From Flaccisagitta enflata (lineage: Eukaryota): a stretch of DNA of 64,000 bases. Below, piece after piece: positions 35,561 to 49,258 of the stretch; position 1 is the first letter of the stretch, and every line of letters starts with the position of its first letter. The stretch spans positions 42,656,001 to 42,720,000 of the forward strand of contig OZ231126.1 of assembly GCA_965153355.1 (NCBI GenBank). Direction: 5' to 3'. The notes beneath the pieces were generated by a model that saw only the letters and a list, made by a program, of their open reading frames with translations, was not told the DNA's origin and did no database searches. Position numbers and translations under genes: made by a program.

Positions 35561-37132
35561 TAAAGCGAGGAAGACAGACATGGAGGTACAGAAAGATTGA
35601 ATGAGACAGACAGGGCGCGGGTGGAGGAGACAAATAAATGGGTAAAACTAACAAATAAGTGCATATGACGGCGTTCCTCTGAAGGCAACATTTAGTGTGT
35701 CAAAGAGGTTCAAAAATGAACATTCACTTTTGACAAAACTGATGAAACTGGTTCATGTAGGTACTTGAGATATGTCACTAGCAAAAATTTGAATGCAAAA
35801 TCTGCTTTCATTTTCAAAATTTCAAAATTTCAAAATTTAGCTAAAAATTGATAAAATCAGATAATAGTCAGAACTTAAGGAAATGTAGGTACAAAATTTC
35901 CAAAAAAACTCTGGAACTCCACTATTCTGACATATTTTTTCATGCTGAACACAAATCTGACCTTCATTTTTAAATATTTTTTAGGCCCCCCTTTCAAAAA
36001 TCCATTTTTTTGCAATTTTTGAGGTAAAAATGCCTTTTTTTGACTATTTTGAGCTTCTGGTTGCCGCACCAATGGGTTTTTATTTGACCCTTACAAAGAC
36101 TGAGGTTAATATGTCATCTGAAAGAATCTGACGGTCTTACCAAATTCGTAAAGGGCCAAAAACAAACCAAAAATGGCCCAAAATGTCCAAAATCTGCTTT
36201 TTCATCCATTGGGTGGTTCTTATTCTGGTTTTTTTTTGCTGATTTCATCCATTCAACTCAGAAGTACAAAAAATATACCCCTTAAGACCTGTAAACACTC
36301 ACACCAGGGCAATAACAGGCCAAAAATGACCTAAAATAGCCAAAATCTGCATTTTTTTTGCAAAAGATATGAAAGAACAATAAATTTCTAGATGGTAAAG
36401 CAGATTTTGGCCAGTCTTGTCCTGTTTTTAGCCTATAATAGCTCTGCTCTTAGTGTTCAAAGCTCCTAATAAGTATATTTGATGCTGATCTAAATAATTT
36501 GAGTGAAATTGGCAAAAATATTTTACGTAACGATTACTTTCTTAAGTGTAAATGCCAATTTTGGCCATTTTATGCTATTTTTGGCCTGTTTTTTGCCTGT
36601 TACATCCCTGGTGTAAGTATGAAAGGTTCCATTGAAAATATTTTTCCTAGTTCCAAGTTAAATGAGTGATGATGGCAAAAAAATTCTGAATAATTACCAT
36701 CAGATTAAAGAAAATGCAGATTTTTGCCATTTTGCTTTTTAGACCATTTTTAGCCTATTTTCAGCCTATTTTTGACCTGTAATGGCCCTGGTCTACATAT
36801 TTGAAGGTCCTAAGGGGAATATTTTTCCTAATTCTGAGCGGAGTAAGTGAGATTGGTAAAATAATTCAAAATAACAACAGTATATTTGTTGAAAATGCGG
36901 ATTTTGGCCATTCAATATTTTTTTTTATAATCTCTATAAACAATTCATGTTTTATTAAATCATTTATCAAATAGAAAATAATTTATATCGAAAAACAAAT
37001 GAAATTTTTTTCAATATGATCTATACTTATATTTATATTAACAAAGTTTACTGACAGAGTAAATTTTTTTTTCAAAAGAAGTCTGTCTTATTTTGTGTTA
37101 AAGCTCACAATGGATGTAGTATTGTAATGAAG

Positions 37133-37361
37133 AACAAGTGACGTGGGGTCACAATATGCGGACAGGTGGGCAGGGGCGTCCAACCCCCATCCACATCCCA
37201 ATCCCCCCCAAACACACAAAAGTATGCAAAAAGTATTGAAAAACGCTCATATTCCCACTTTTCAACTTGTGTTCAAGGACCAACGGACAGATGGACCAAC
37301 GGACAGACTGACGGATGGACAGACAAAGCCTCTTAAGGAGTTGCGTGTCCGCAACTAAAAA
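37133..37361 (-). mobile_element. HINE-like element, AGTTGCG subfamily
   Basis: Hairpin AGTTGCG-TGTC-CGCAACT plus A run. Confidence 0.75.
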
Positions 37362-38249
37362 TACAAAAACGTACCAATTTGATTCTTCAATATCACAATC
37401 ATTTAACTATAACAAGGCCAGGTTATGGCCAATATGTGCTCCTCACTGATTAGGATTGTATGAATGAACGTTTCGATGGATAAACCTTTTTTGTTGACTT
37501 TACATCATGAATGAATGAATTCATCATGCATGGATGAATGAACCACTGCATGAAAATGAATGTGAGAGAGCGTGCGACGTTACAGAAATGAAGTGAGACG
37601 CCAGAGTTAGCAGTTTTACGCGGTCTCAACATTTGCGTGATGGACCATCAGACGGACAGAAAGACCGACTGACCAACAGACTTGACCTCCTACAGATGTG
37701 CAAGTACGCACATGAATGGTAAATCTATCTGTAACAGTCATCTGTGCTTGAAATAGAGATTCAAATAACAAATATTCTTAGAGTCAGAGGGCAGAAGCTT
37801 TTTAGAGGTTATTGCAAAATATCATTATAAACAACATCAGATATCTATTTCATTCACAATAATTGTTTTGTATAGTCTACTTGTCACTGGCTTCACAGCT
37901 GCCAAGCTGTCCAAGCATCTATCTGCCATCTACTATCTGCCATCTGCTATCTTCTATTTTCTGTCTGTACACTTTTTATTTTTTATAAGAACCTAGTTTA
38001 TAAGAACATCAAGCCTTGAAATCGCTCGAAAATTAAGAACATTGTAGTTATTTTACTAGTAGCTATCTCTATCTCTTTTGAAGGCTTCAGAAAAAAAAAT
38101 GACGTTCTTATTTAATTTGCCATAGGATCATTTGACTTATGACTGCAAATTTGCGGCCCCATCGGCCCCAGGTAAACATAAGACTATCACAGAAAACATT
38201 CTGTAATCAAAGGGATAAAGCATTTGATCAATAGTAAGCAGTTACACAA

Positions 38250-38469
38250 ATGGGCAGTGAGGCCAAAGACCGCAAAAACCTAAAAGTAGTGTGATGGATG
38301 GACCGACGGACGGACTGATGGACGGATGGACCAATGGACGGACGGACGGACGGACGGACGGACGGACGGACGGACGGACGGACCGACGGACGGACGGACC
38401 GACGGACGGACGGACCGACGGACAGACTGACAAAGCGGGGTGTAGAGTCGCGTTGCACGCGACTAAAAA
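38250..38469 (-). mobile_element. Partial HINE with expanded (GGAC)n
   Basis: AGTCGCG-TTGCA-CGCGACT-AAAAA terminus; homologous to 53487-53665 in the opposite orientation. Confidence 0.75.
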
Positions 38470-40042
38470 CTTAAAGTACAGAGACAGGCTTATTTGGTTG
38501 AGGTGGGCAGGGGTAGTGAAGAAAATGCAATTGGGCAGGGGCAGCAATTCCAAACCTGCCCTTCGATGCTGAGAAAGAAAGACCATTCAATTTCAAGTGC
38601 GTGCATGGCTCTAATCATGATGCTGGGAGCTTTCTGGGGTTCTTTGTCCTGTTTGATCGATTTTTCCCATTAATGACCCTGCCCAATCATTGAAATATCT
38701 ATCCCTGCCCATTTACAAGTAACCAGGATCGCATTGAATGACTTTTACTGTAATATCTGCGAATTTCTATCTTATAGCAGGATCAATAATAACTCGATCG
38801 ACAAAAATGTCCACCAAATGAAAAATTTCCTATTTCTGAACTGACATGAGGTCGGTCTAAATTCTAAATTTGCATAGAAAATGAAAAAATGGAAAAAATA
38901 AAAACATAGTTTTCTTCCAAAATCGATTACGGAGAGAACTATGTTTTTCAAAATGCAAAATGTTGTCGCGTTAGGAAATCTTAGAATTTAGACCGCAGTA
39001 AAACGTTTTTTCTGAATCTTTATTATTCTGTCATCAGGCGTGAATTTATTTTATTTCCTGCTATTCAGGATGACTGTTAGTGGTTTTTTTTGATGAACTA
39101 CACTCTCAGGGGTGCTAGTAAGCTAAACCAATGCTTCGCCGATAGTCCAATTGATTTTCAATACCAGAAAATGACTTTTTTCCTGATTATCTAAATATAT
39201 GCAAATTAATTTTGTCAACCGACATGCGAGACTTTCTTAATCAATCTTGAGGTTCAGGATAAAAAGTGGCCCTAGATATCGCTTGGGTGTCTAACTAGGA
39301 ACCCTGAGGGGGGATTAAAAGGTTTAATCAGGTGTGGTGCGGCTTCAGCCTCTGTATATATCAATAAATGTAAAATGTCATGTGAAAATTTGTTAGCGGA
39401 ATTTCATCAAAAATCCTCATTTTCCTGCCTTTTTTTTTTTTTAAGCATATCAAAAGACGGTTTTAAGCATATTTTTGGATACAGCTGTACACATACAGTG
39501 TGTCTGGTGACAATTCGTCTCATAGAAGTGCTTGTGGCTGAATAATTTTTCCAGTATTAAAAAAAACTGGGCTGAAACACATATTTTTTCTTCAAAAATT
39601 TACCGTCATATGTAGATTAATAAAGCAAAGGAATGAAACAGATGGTGGCGGAGAGCGAGAGAAGAAAAAGTCCGACAGATTTCGAAGACGACAAGAATGC
39701 AGGATCTAAACTAAACAAAAGGAAGACTGATTTATCGAATAGGGCCCGGTAACAGAATGACACGTGGATTATCGATTGTCAAGAGAAATGGTCAGTTGGT
39801 CAGTTGGTCGGTACACCGGCCACGCTTTCATCAAATTTCAATAGTGTATGGGGCGCTGAATAAGTTGAAAAAAATGGGGTAATTTCAACTCATTGTGAAT
39901 CTGTATTGTGTTCGAAATGGTTAGTTCTAGCTGCAAAGCTAATGTATCTGTTGATTGTTGGAACCAGGCCTCTTGATTTTGGAGCAGCGAGCAGCACCGC
40001 TTCTCGGCAGGGAAAGGGAGATGTCGGCAGGTTTCAAAGATG

Positions 40043-40120
40043 GAAGAAGAAGGAGAAGAAGAAGAAGAAGAAGAAAAAGAAAAAGAAAAAGAAAAAGAAA
40101 AAGAAAAAGAAGAAGAAGAA

Positions 40121-40165
<45 letters not shown>

Positions 40166-40220
40166 AAAGAAAGAAAAGAAAGAAAAGAAAGAAAAGAAAG
40201 AAAAGAAAAAGAAAGAGAAG
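40043..40220. repeat. Purine-rich (GAA)n/(GAAA)n compound repeat
   Basis: Directly visible. Confidence 0.95.
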
Positions 40221-40589
40221 ATCGAAATGGAAATGATGGTAATTGCAGTCAGCATTGATATCATTTGCATATTTTAGTTTTATGATGACTGCTCTTATGT
40301 AACTTGGTTGAGTTGGACCACTGTGAGTTTGAACTAAAAATATAATGAGAACTTAATTCTTTATATGATGATTTAAGAAAAAAGAAAATCTTAATCACAT
40401 GTAAAACTTATCAACATCGTCATGTGCTTCATGAAGCCACCCGCAAAAAAGTGGATCTTGGTAATAGAAATTTTGAAAAAAATCACCGGCAATTGTAATC
40501 TAGCTTTTTTCTTGTCATTGAACGCCTACACCTGCGCGCTGTGGTGAAGGTGAGGGGTTGAGAGCAAGCATTGGCTTGATACGAATCTC

Positions 40590-41110
40590 AGTGGCCAAGT
40601 TGGTAACTAGGTTACCAGATCTGGTAACCTGGGAGGGACCTCTAATAACTTGGAAAGGCATTTGGTAATTTAGTACTATCTTCACAAAAAAAATCTTTCC
40701 ACCTCAAAACTAGTGTCAACTTTGAAGATGTACTGGTCCTAAAGAAACAAAGCTACTGACCCCAGATAAGTCCCATTTTATTTAGTTAAAACATCTTTTT
40801 CAAATGGGACCAATCTGGTTTTCATAGCTTTATTTGTTTAAGAGCAGCACTCTTCCAAAGTTGATTTGTAGTTATGAGGTGGAAAGATTTTTTTTGTGAA
40901 GATAGTAATTTGTTTGGTAATTTATTGGAATTTTATCTGGTAATTTTGGTAATTTGGGGCAAAAATCTGGTAACTTTGGTAACCTGGGAGAAAATTTTGG
41001 TAAGTTTGGTAATTTTTTAAATGATTTGAAGAAATAATCTAAAATTTTTATATGAATCATTCATATTGAGCGTCTTATCATTCACCATGCATATGTCACT
41101 AAGACACACA

Positions 41111-41194
<84 letters not shown>

Positions 41195-41983
41195 TATCTC
41201 TCTCTGTGTCCCTCTCTTACTCTTACTCCAACAGATTGCTGATTCCTGTTTCACCCAAAAGAATTGTAAATTGATGTTGAAACCATAGGCGGTTTTTAGT
41301 TGTGGATAAGAAGTTTTACACATTGCTGTGCTGGTTCCTTTGTGCGTCTGTCAATCCACTTATTGATTTGTCCATCAGTCCATCTAACATCTTTAAATTA
41401 CTGGTTTTCCTTTGTCCTAATTATGGGTTTTTAAGTCAGTTTGAATTATGAGTATTGAGTATTGAGTGTCTATATAAGTTTGCGACTTTTGCACTTTGTA
41501 GGGCTTGTTATTATGTAAACTTGCAATTTTTTAAATGCTGCAAAAGAAGAACTAATGAAACAAACCCAGCGCTAGACCTAACCCTATCCCCAGCTTTATC
41601 TCTACCCCAAACCTTAACTCATCACTTTCTTAACAACACTTTAAAAGCAAAAAGCCGGGTCTTGGTGGTGATGAATACCAAGTACGGGGATCATTGTTCG
41701 AGCATACCCGCTAATGGAGCATGACTGCCAAAAAGGTGAAGAACTTAGTGCCCCATCAAAGATTTTATAATATAACATTACTTTAACACATTTTTGTGTC
41801 TAGTTCCTTGATATGTGAAGCTCATATGTACATTAGATTGATCATCCAATATGATTGCAATAACCTAATATAGATATTAAGATCTAGTAACTAATTCGGT
41901 AACTTGCGAAAAAAATCTGGTAACTATCTGGTAACCTGGAGAGGTTAAGCTGGTAACTTGGCCGAATTCAGTGTTGGCCACTG
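40590..41983. mobile_element. TIR element with many GGTAAC subterminal repeats; partial duplicates at ~41990-42120, ~43088-43335 and (inverted) ~43440-43710
   Basis: CTCAGTGGCCAA / TTGGCCACTGAG ends; no TSD identified. Confidence 0.55.
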
Positions 41984-42244
41984 AGAGTTACCAATGGTAA
42001 CTAGGTTACCAGATCTGGTAACTTGGGAGGGTCCTTTTGTAACCTAGAAGGGCATCTGGTAACTTAGTAACCTGTCTGGTAACTTATTGGAATTTTGTTT
42101 GGTAACTTTGGTAACATAGGAGAATTCTCAGAACACTCATTGCTTAGGTGAAGCTTATATGGTCTTAGTCTTAGCCAGATTTGATTTTTTTTTTTAAGAT
42201 CATTTTTTTCTTGATAGAAGACTAGAAAAGTCTGTCACTCCTTA

Positions 42245-42940
42245 GGTAGGCAAAGAAGTGCGTCCAACTTTACGACGGTTCACAATCAAGTTTTTTTGCT
42301 CGTACGTGGAGAAGCATGACGTCAGCTAGTATTTCAAATTTCAGGACAATCGCATCAATAGTTTAGAAGTTACGGCCTTTTTCATAAAGTAAAAGAAAAA
42401 ACCGACGTTCTTTTTTTCCGTTTTTTCTTTGAACTCGCCCCCAATAAAATTTTTAAATTTTTTGAAAAAAATAATTTTACAGGTTTTGGATCTAGGCGAA
42501 TAAAACAATTTCCTATCAATTGCACCCCACTTTTGAAAACCATTTTTTAAAAAAATATTTTGTGATTTTTTTTTCAAAGTCCCTGACGCGCGAGACAAAA
42601 AAATTTCAAAGTTTTTTGAAAAAAGTGAAAATACAAGATTTTGGATCTAGGCAAATCAAACAATTTCCTATTGATTGCACCCCACTTTTTTTTTCAAAAA
42701 AAAAAAATTCTCAATAAGGGCTTTTTTGGGGGCCCTTAGGGGCCCCTAAGAAGAAAATAATAATGTTTAGTTAAAGCCGACGGCAAGAGAAATCAAATCT
42801 CCGTCGAACAAGACCAAGAACGCCTAGATCGGTGGCGTATAGAGCCTGTAACAACAGTCAACACTTCAGGGGGCGAGTTTTTTTCAAAGTGAGATCCGCT
42901 TTCAGCCTTAGAAATTCCAAGTTGTAGATCAAGGCCTACC
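42245..42940. mobile_element. PIF/Harbinger-like MITE
   Basis: TTA on both sides; short TIR GGTAGGC / GCCTACC; internal ~163-bp duplication. Confidence 0.5.
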
Positions 42941-43788
42941 TTAGGCTGAGAACAGAAAAAAATACTCTACTGGAATCATTATGGGATAACTCATTCAGAC
43001 AAGTATTTTGACCAGCTAAAGCAGGAAAATAAATTAATCAAAGGTAAATAAAACAATTAAAAGAGTGAGGTTCATTATTTCAGATGCTTGGGGCAAAAAT
43101 CTGGTAACTTTGGTAACCTAGGAGAAAAATTTGATAATTTTGGTAAATTTTTTTGATTATCTGAAGAAATGATTTAAAATTTTTTTCATGAACTATTTAT
43201 TTACGAGGTCTTATTATTCACCATGTGTATGATACTATAGCATTCTCGGCATTGTAAATCCATTAAAATCAGAGGTCATTTTTAGTCAAGAAATTTTACA
43301 CATGGCTGTGATGGTTCCTTTGTGCGTCTGTCAATTAGGGATGTGGAAGCGATTGACTGCTTCTATTTTTGAGGATGGGGTAACTACTAGTGTTTTTACT
43401 ACAAGAGGGAAGCAGAAGCGGAAATGGAAGCGGTACAGGGTGAACACTCTCAAATGCAAAAAAGGTCTAGCGCTGCATTTGTTTTTGTAGATTTTGAATT
43501 TTTGTTAAAGTTCTTCCCTGGCAATATTTTTAAAAATCGCAATTTTGTATATTAACAAGCCCCACAAAGTGCATAAGTCGTAAATGGTAAGGCAGGAGCA
43601 ATAACACAACAAATACTTACATTCAATACTCATAACACAAACTGACTTAAAAACCTATAAAAGGGCAAAAAAAATGTTACAGATGGACTGATGGAGGCAT
43701 CAATAAGTGGATGTGGAAGCTGTCGATTCTGGTCCAGCTTCTACAGTGTGAACATTGTCAAATGCAAAAAAGTATTAAGCTTTTACTC

Positions 43789-44294
43789 CTAGATTCATCA
43801 TTTTTACCACTTGGAATTAATTTATTTTTAAAGTACTATGTTTGACATTTTTTGTATCAAAATTTCATAGGTCTGAGTTGAATAGTTTGTCCACAACATC
43901 AAATTGAAGTAAAAGAGGCATTTCAGGAAAAGGTCATTTTCAGCTAAAATTCTTTTTTTTCAATCAGGGAAGTTTTTCTTCCATATGTTCTCATTTGAAG
44001 ATGGCTTGAGCCATAGTTGCCAGATTGCTCTCAAATAATTAAAAGTCAAATCATTTTCCGTTAAAGACCACTCTGGTTCAAGCCATCTTCAAAAAAGAAC
44101 AAACTAAAGAAAAACTTCCCTGATTTGAAAAGAAGAATTTGAGCTGAAAATGAACCTAGAAATGCATCTTTTACTTCAATTTGATGTTGTGGACTAACTA
44201 TTCAGCTCAGACCAATGAAATTTTGATACAAAAAACGTCAGATACAGTACTTTAAGAGAAAAAAAATTCCAAATTATGAAGATGATGCATCTAG
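43789..44294. mobile_element. Foldback MITE with ~220-bp inverted arms
   Basis: TTTTTGTATCAAAATTTCAT..GAAGATGGCTTGA is inverted to TCAAGCCATCTTC..ATGAAATTTTGATACAAAAA. Confidence 0.85.
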
Positions 44295-44303
44295 CCATAA
44301 AAA

Positions 44304-44890
44304 CGGGGAAAACCTCTGCAGGCTGTATTAAATACTCGGTCTTAATGGCTATTGGTTTCTTCATCAGGAAGACTTCCTCTATCTGTTTCCATAAGAGTTA
44401 AAAGAAATGCGCTTCAAGAATTGTTTAAAATCAACAAAATGTGCCTCTACAACCATGTTTTTTCCCATGAGTCTTTTCACATTAAAATCTTAAAAATCTT
44501 GAGTAAAGATTCAAGTTCCTGGTAAAATTTCCAATTGTTTGATAGGTCGCACTATATAGTTTTACTCAAAAATAAAAAAAGTCACATTTTCTCTCAACAC
44601 ATGACAACAACATTACTAATATAACAACCAACAGTGATGTAACAAAAAATTGAACTTTTTTGTTTCTTGATTAAAGCACGTAGTGCGACATATCAAATGA
44701 ATGGAAATTTTTCAAGGAATACGATTCTTTCACAAGAATTATAGATGAAATATAGATGGGCTTCAACCATTCAACTTATCTAGCAAAACATAAAACATGT
44801 TAAACATTTTGTTGATTTAAACAAAATTTTGAAGGAGAATTTTTTTTCTCTGTGCTATGAAGTGATATAGTAGACCTTCCTGAAGCCCAG
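44304..44890. mobile_element. Second copy of the 22193-22819 element (ends truncated)
   Basis: Colinear from CGGGGAAAACCTCTGCAGGCTG to CCTTCCTGAAGCCC. Confidence 0.85.
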
Positions 44891-45173
44891 CACACTCGCC
44901 ATATATATATGTATTTACGTATCGGAATCGAATTTTCGGTTTTTGGACTGAAGTCAATTTAGTCGCTGATTCTTTGCTCGGTTTTTAGTAAGAGCATTAT
45001 TCAGAGGGTAAAACGTCATCCAAGTGGTTACGTGTCGACTGATAGTTGTAAGGAGACACATAAAGTTGAACTGAATTTGATCTTAGTGCGAGCACAAACG
45101 TAATAAGACTAAGAAAAAAAAAGAGGGAAAAGATTGCGAAACTAGACGCATAGCAGAAGAAATCAGTTGTCAA

Positions 45174-45495
45174 CAGGTGTTCATATTTTGAAGAAGCGGG
45201 AAGCGCCGCTTCTCGGAAGGGGAAGAAATTTGTCGGAAAATCTTGAAAGAAAGAGAAAAAAAATCAGTATTCATAAAAAAAGGATAAAAAAAGATAAAAA
45301 CAAAGAAAGAAAGAAAGACTAAAGGAAAGAAAAGCAGGAGAGAAACATCCGATTAAGTTCCAAAAAAAAAACTGTTTTGTGAGTCGTTTTGTATCGTTTT
45401 ACTACACAATGTTACCCTGAGACAGGATAGTACGTGTCGGAAACTTATGAGGGAAAGCTTTGCCTCTCGGAAGGTTTACAAAATATGAACACCTG
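45174..45495. mobile_element. hAT-like MITE
   Basis: Perfect TIR CAGGTGTTCATATTTTG; perfect 8-bp TSD GTTGTCAA. Confidence 0.85.
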
Positions 45496-45893
45496 GTTGT
45501 CAACAGGCCAGAATGAGTAAAACGACTAAAATGACTCAAATGTAAACTAAGAATAAGTAAAACTCATTTTCAAAAAGTTCGTGTTTGAATGTTTGATTTG
45601 ATTTCAAAATTTTCCAGCATGTTTTAGCTACAATCATGCGATTCTATTCAAAGCTTTGTCTAAGTCCATTAGTACTTTCGTCCATGCGTAAGCGCAAGTG
45701 AAAGATCATCCCCAAATATATTTTCGCCTCCTCTTCCCCCATCGGGTTATCTGATGTTTTATTCAGCCTTTATTATTTATTGTCATTAATTTCCGAGGGG
45801 AAAGGAAGAGCATTGTTCTTTCGACTGTCAGCTAGTCTGTAGCTCGCTCTCTCTATCTTTCTCTTTTTCTTTCTCTTTCTCTTTATCTCTCTC

Positions 45894-45992
<99 letters not shown>

Positions 45993-46190
45993 TGAATTGA
46001 TATATGAAAGATCAAAGATGAATCATTTAAAGTTGTGTATGGCAATTCTTTACCAAAATGCTTAAAACAGGATGACAAACAATTAAAACCAATCATAAAC
46101 AAAATTCAAACTAGTGAGCACGCGCGCAATCCATCTCCAAGATTCTTTAGGTGACGAATCGTCGAATTTCGAAAATCCGAGTATCTGTGG

Positions 46191-46439
46191 AAACAAGGCC
46201 GGATACACGGCCAATCCGTAGTCGCTGCTGGTGGGCAGGGGCAGTAATGCGGGTGGGCAGGGGCAGTATGTGAGTGGGCGAGGGCTGTATTGACGCCAGG
46301 CAGGAGCTGTAATGGTCAGAAATCCGCTTTTCGGTCGATTTTGCGTCATCAAAATTTTCGCGTGACACTCAGACAGACAGACATTCAGACCGACCAAGGG
46401 ACACACCCTCTTATAGAGTCGCTAGGCAGCGACTAAAAA
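46191..46439 (-). mobile_element. HINE-like element, AGTCGCT subfamily
   Basis: subTIR AGTCGCTGC; hairpin AGTCGCT-AGGC-AGCGACT-AAAA. Confidence 0.8.
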
Positions 46440-46674
46440 GAGACACCTTAAGGATCCCACAATATAGGATCCCACAACATAGGATCCCACAATATAGGGA
46501 AAATAACTGGACCCGTTTTTGGTTGTTGGACCCATTTTTTTTATCTTATTTTCATTGATTGGACCCATTTTTATTAGTCAGAGGACCCGTTTTTTAGAGA
46601 CTTAGAAAATAAAAAACGGGTCCACTGACTGACAAAAACAGGTCCGTTCACCAAAAACAGGTCCGCAAGCAATA

Positions 46675-47288
46675 CTACCTAGAACATAAGTCTTCGTTCA
46701 CTTGGACCAAAAACTCATTCAATCATAAAATAATGATAAATCAATTCATATCATGGTTTGAATACTTCATCTAACTTCCTGCCGTGGAAACGTCTGCTTC
46801 TATGGACTACTGTATTGATTTGAAAAGGTTCAAAGGGATCTTCTGCCAGACCTTGTCACCTAACATTTTGTGCGATTTCATGTCAGTCCTTAGTAAGGAC
46901 TCCTTACAGAGTCATAGATTGTCCTTCATGTCTCCATGATCCAGTAATTCTTTGGGATAATCAGTGTTGGGGAATCAAGTTAGTAGCCCTTTAACTTTTT
47001 TCAGCCTCTGGCGTTTGTTCAGTCAAATATTTTATCTCTAGACAAGCAATTGTATGGTGTGATAGATGGCACAAAAAACTGCTCAATTCATTTCTCGATT
47101 TTCAAAAGTGACAAGCAATCTTCGAACTGCTCTCATTTCTAAAAGCTTTGAGCTACAAGGATGGGATTGGACTCAAATGAAAGATTTTTTGAAGCCGTTT
47201 CTGAATCTCACCAATTTTTCTTACTCATCTTTAACCAAATTGTAATTATTTATGTTTATAGGTGAACGAAGACTTATGTTCTAGGTAG
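46675..47288. mobile_element. TA-flanked MITE nested in a GGACCC-repeat element (~46450-47690)
   Basis: Perfect TIR CTACCTAGAACATAAGTCTTCGTTCAC; flanking direct repeat ~46485-46592 = ~47572-47690. Confidence 0.8.
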
Positions 47289-47934
47289 TAGGTTATAATA
47301 GGAATATGCGGTAAAGCCATTTTTTAGGAAGCAATTTTCTTCATCACTGTACTGGTCTCACTATGCAGTGGTGAGTTATTCTCATGCATGATATTGAACA
47401 GAGCTCCTCTTTTTTCCACCAAGAGGACCCGTTTTGACTATAATAAAAAGGTGAATGGACCTGTTTTGTTTAGTCAGAGGACCCATTTTTCATGGACCGT
47501 TTTTTGCACTTATGGGACCCGTTTATCACACTCATAGGACCCATCAAGTGAACCCATTTTTGACAGTCAGGGGATCCCACAATATAGTTTGAGGGAAAAT
47601 AACTGGACCCGTTTTTGGTTGTTGGACCCATTTTTTTTATCTTATTTTCATTGATTGGACCCATTTTTATTAGTCAGAGGACCCGTTTTTCCACGAGCAC
47701 GTAAACACACGGACGCATAGTAGGTGATGAGAAGCCAAAACGCAAAAAAGATTTAGCACCCCCTGCTACAGACATATTGGCTGACTGAAATTTACCATAA
47801 AAAATCATTTCGAGTAATTTACGAGAATATAAGTGGCCTCCTCAGAGCGATTTTTGTGATTGTAGCTAAAATCTTGTAATGTATCTCTTTTACTCTGAAA
47901 ATAAACATTTTTAAAAAGGAAACAAAAATGAAAT

Positions 47935-48432
47935 ATCAGTCCACAAAAGCGCTAGATGAGCAGCGGTACCCGTGCCCTGCCTAAGTAGGTTGTGCTTGAA
48001 GTTGAAGGGGAAGCAGGGCAGCGACTCCAAAGGGGTCAATGACTTATGCTTCCACACATATGGGGAATTTTCTCCTCCTCCTCCTCCTCCTCCTCCTCCA
48101 TCCTTCTCCCCCAAATTTCAGTTCTGAGGCTCAAATTTCATCCTCGAGGTTGGGATCTGGGCCTCTTAGCTGGGGTTTGGACCTCAAGGCTGAAATTTGG
48201 GCCTCAAGGCTGGGATCTTGGCCTCCAGGCTATGATTTGGGCCTTGAGCCTATGATTTGGGCCTCGTGACGGGGATTTAAGCTTTAAAACCAGAGTTTGA
48301 GCCTCAAGAGTCGAGACTAAGGTTTGGGGAGGGGGGGGGGGAACAGAGGAGGAGGAGAAGAAGGAGAAGGAGAAAATTCCCCATATGTGTGAAAGCATAG
48401 GTCATCAATCCATTTAGGACCGCTGCCCAAAA
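47935..48432 (-). mobile_element. GGGCAGCGGCCCC family element
   Basis: Both inverted repeats and the tail are present. Confidence 0.8.
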
Positions 48433-48646
48433 AACGGTGATTGTCATGGTTCTCGATAAAATCTTAAAAATCCCTCTGATGAAGCAATTTATATTCCTCT
48501 TGATCACACAAAACAACTTTCCAAAAGAAATTTCATACAGCCGTGTCGGCTGTAGGGGGGTTCAAAAACTTTTGCCGTCTCATCACATTCTATTTTGCGT
48601 CCTTGAGCAATTGATTCACTTTTTTTAGCTGCTTCATGATAAGTTA

Positions 48647-49071
48647 CACTCATTTCTTTACATAAGAACATGTTATTATTTCTGAGGCTCAGTGTTCTTA
48701 TTTCTAGGGCGATTTGAGGTTCAAATTGTTCTTAGGGTGATCTTATTTTTTGTATTGACAGCTTTCCAGGAATAGTCTTTTATTTGGTTATTTAACTCTT
48801 GTTTGTCAATTGAAAGAATATGAGAACTAGAATATTGATCATGAAGAAATCAAACTTTAATGTAAGAGTGATTAGAGTCAACCATTACAAGTAAGCAGTC
48901 TCATTTCCACATTTCTTTTTGATTACGGCAGTTCCAATAGCAAATCTAGAATGAATTTTCTTATATTCTCTCTTTTTGAGGCTGACAATGTTCTTATGAT
49001 TGTTCTAATTGTTTGCCACATCTGAGCCTCGATACTCTTATCAACAAGGTTCTTAGTCAAAGAAATGAGTG
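48647..49071. mobile_element. TA-flanked MITE (ATAAGAAC-motif family)
   Basis: TIR CACTCATTTCTTT; related to 62096-62492. Confidence 0.7.
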
Positions 49072-49177
49072 TATCGGATTCAACCACAGAAAATTTATAT
49101 CAAAGAGTGCAGTTGGTCATTCTAGAAGAACAGGACCCACGAGATTACAATAATGCCGCGGATGGCGATTGACCGGA

Positions 49178-49258
<81 letters not shown>

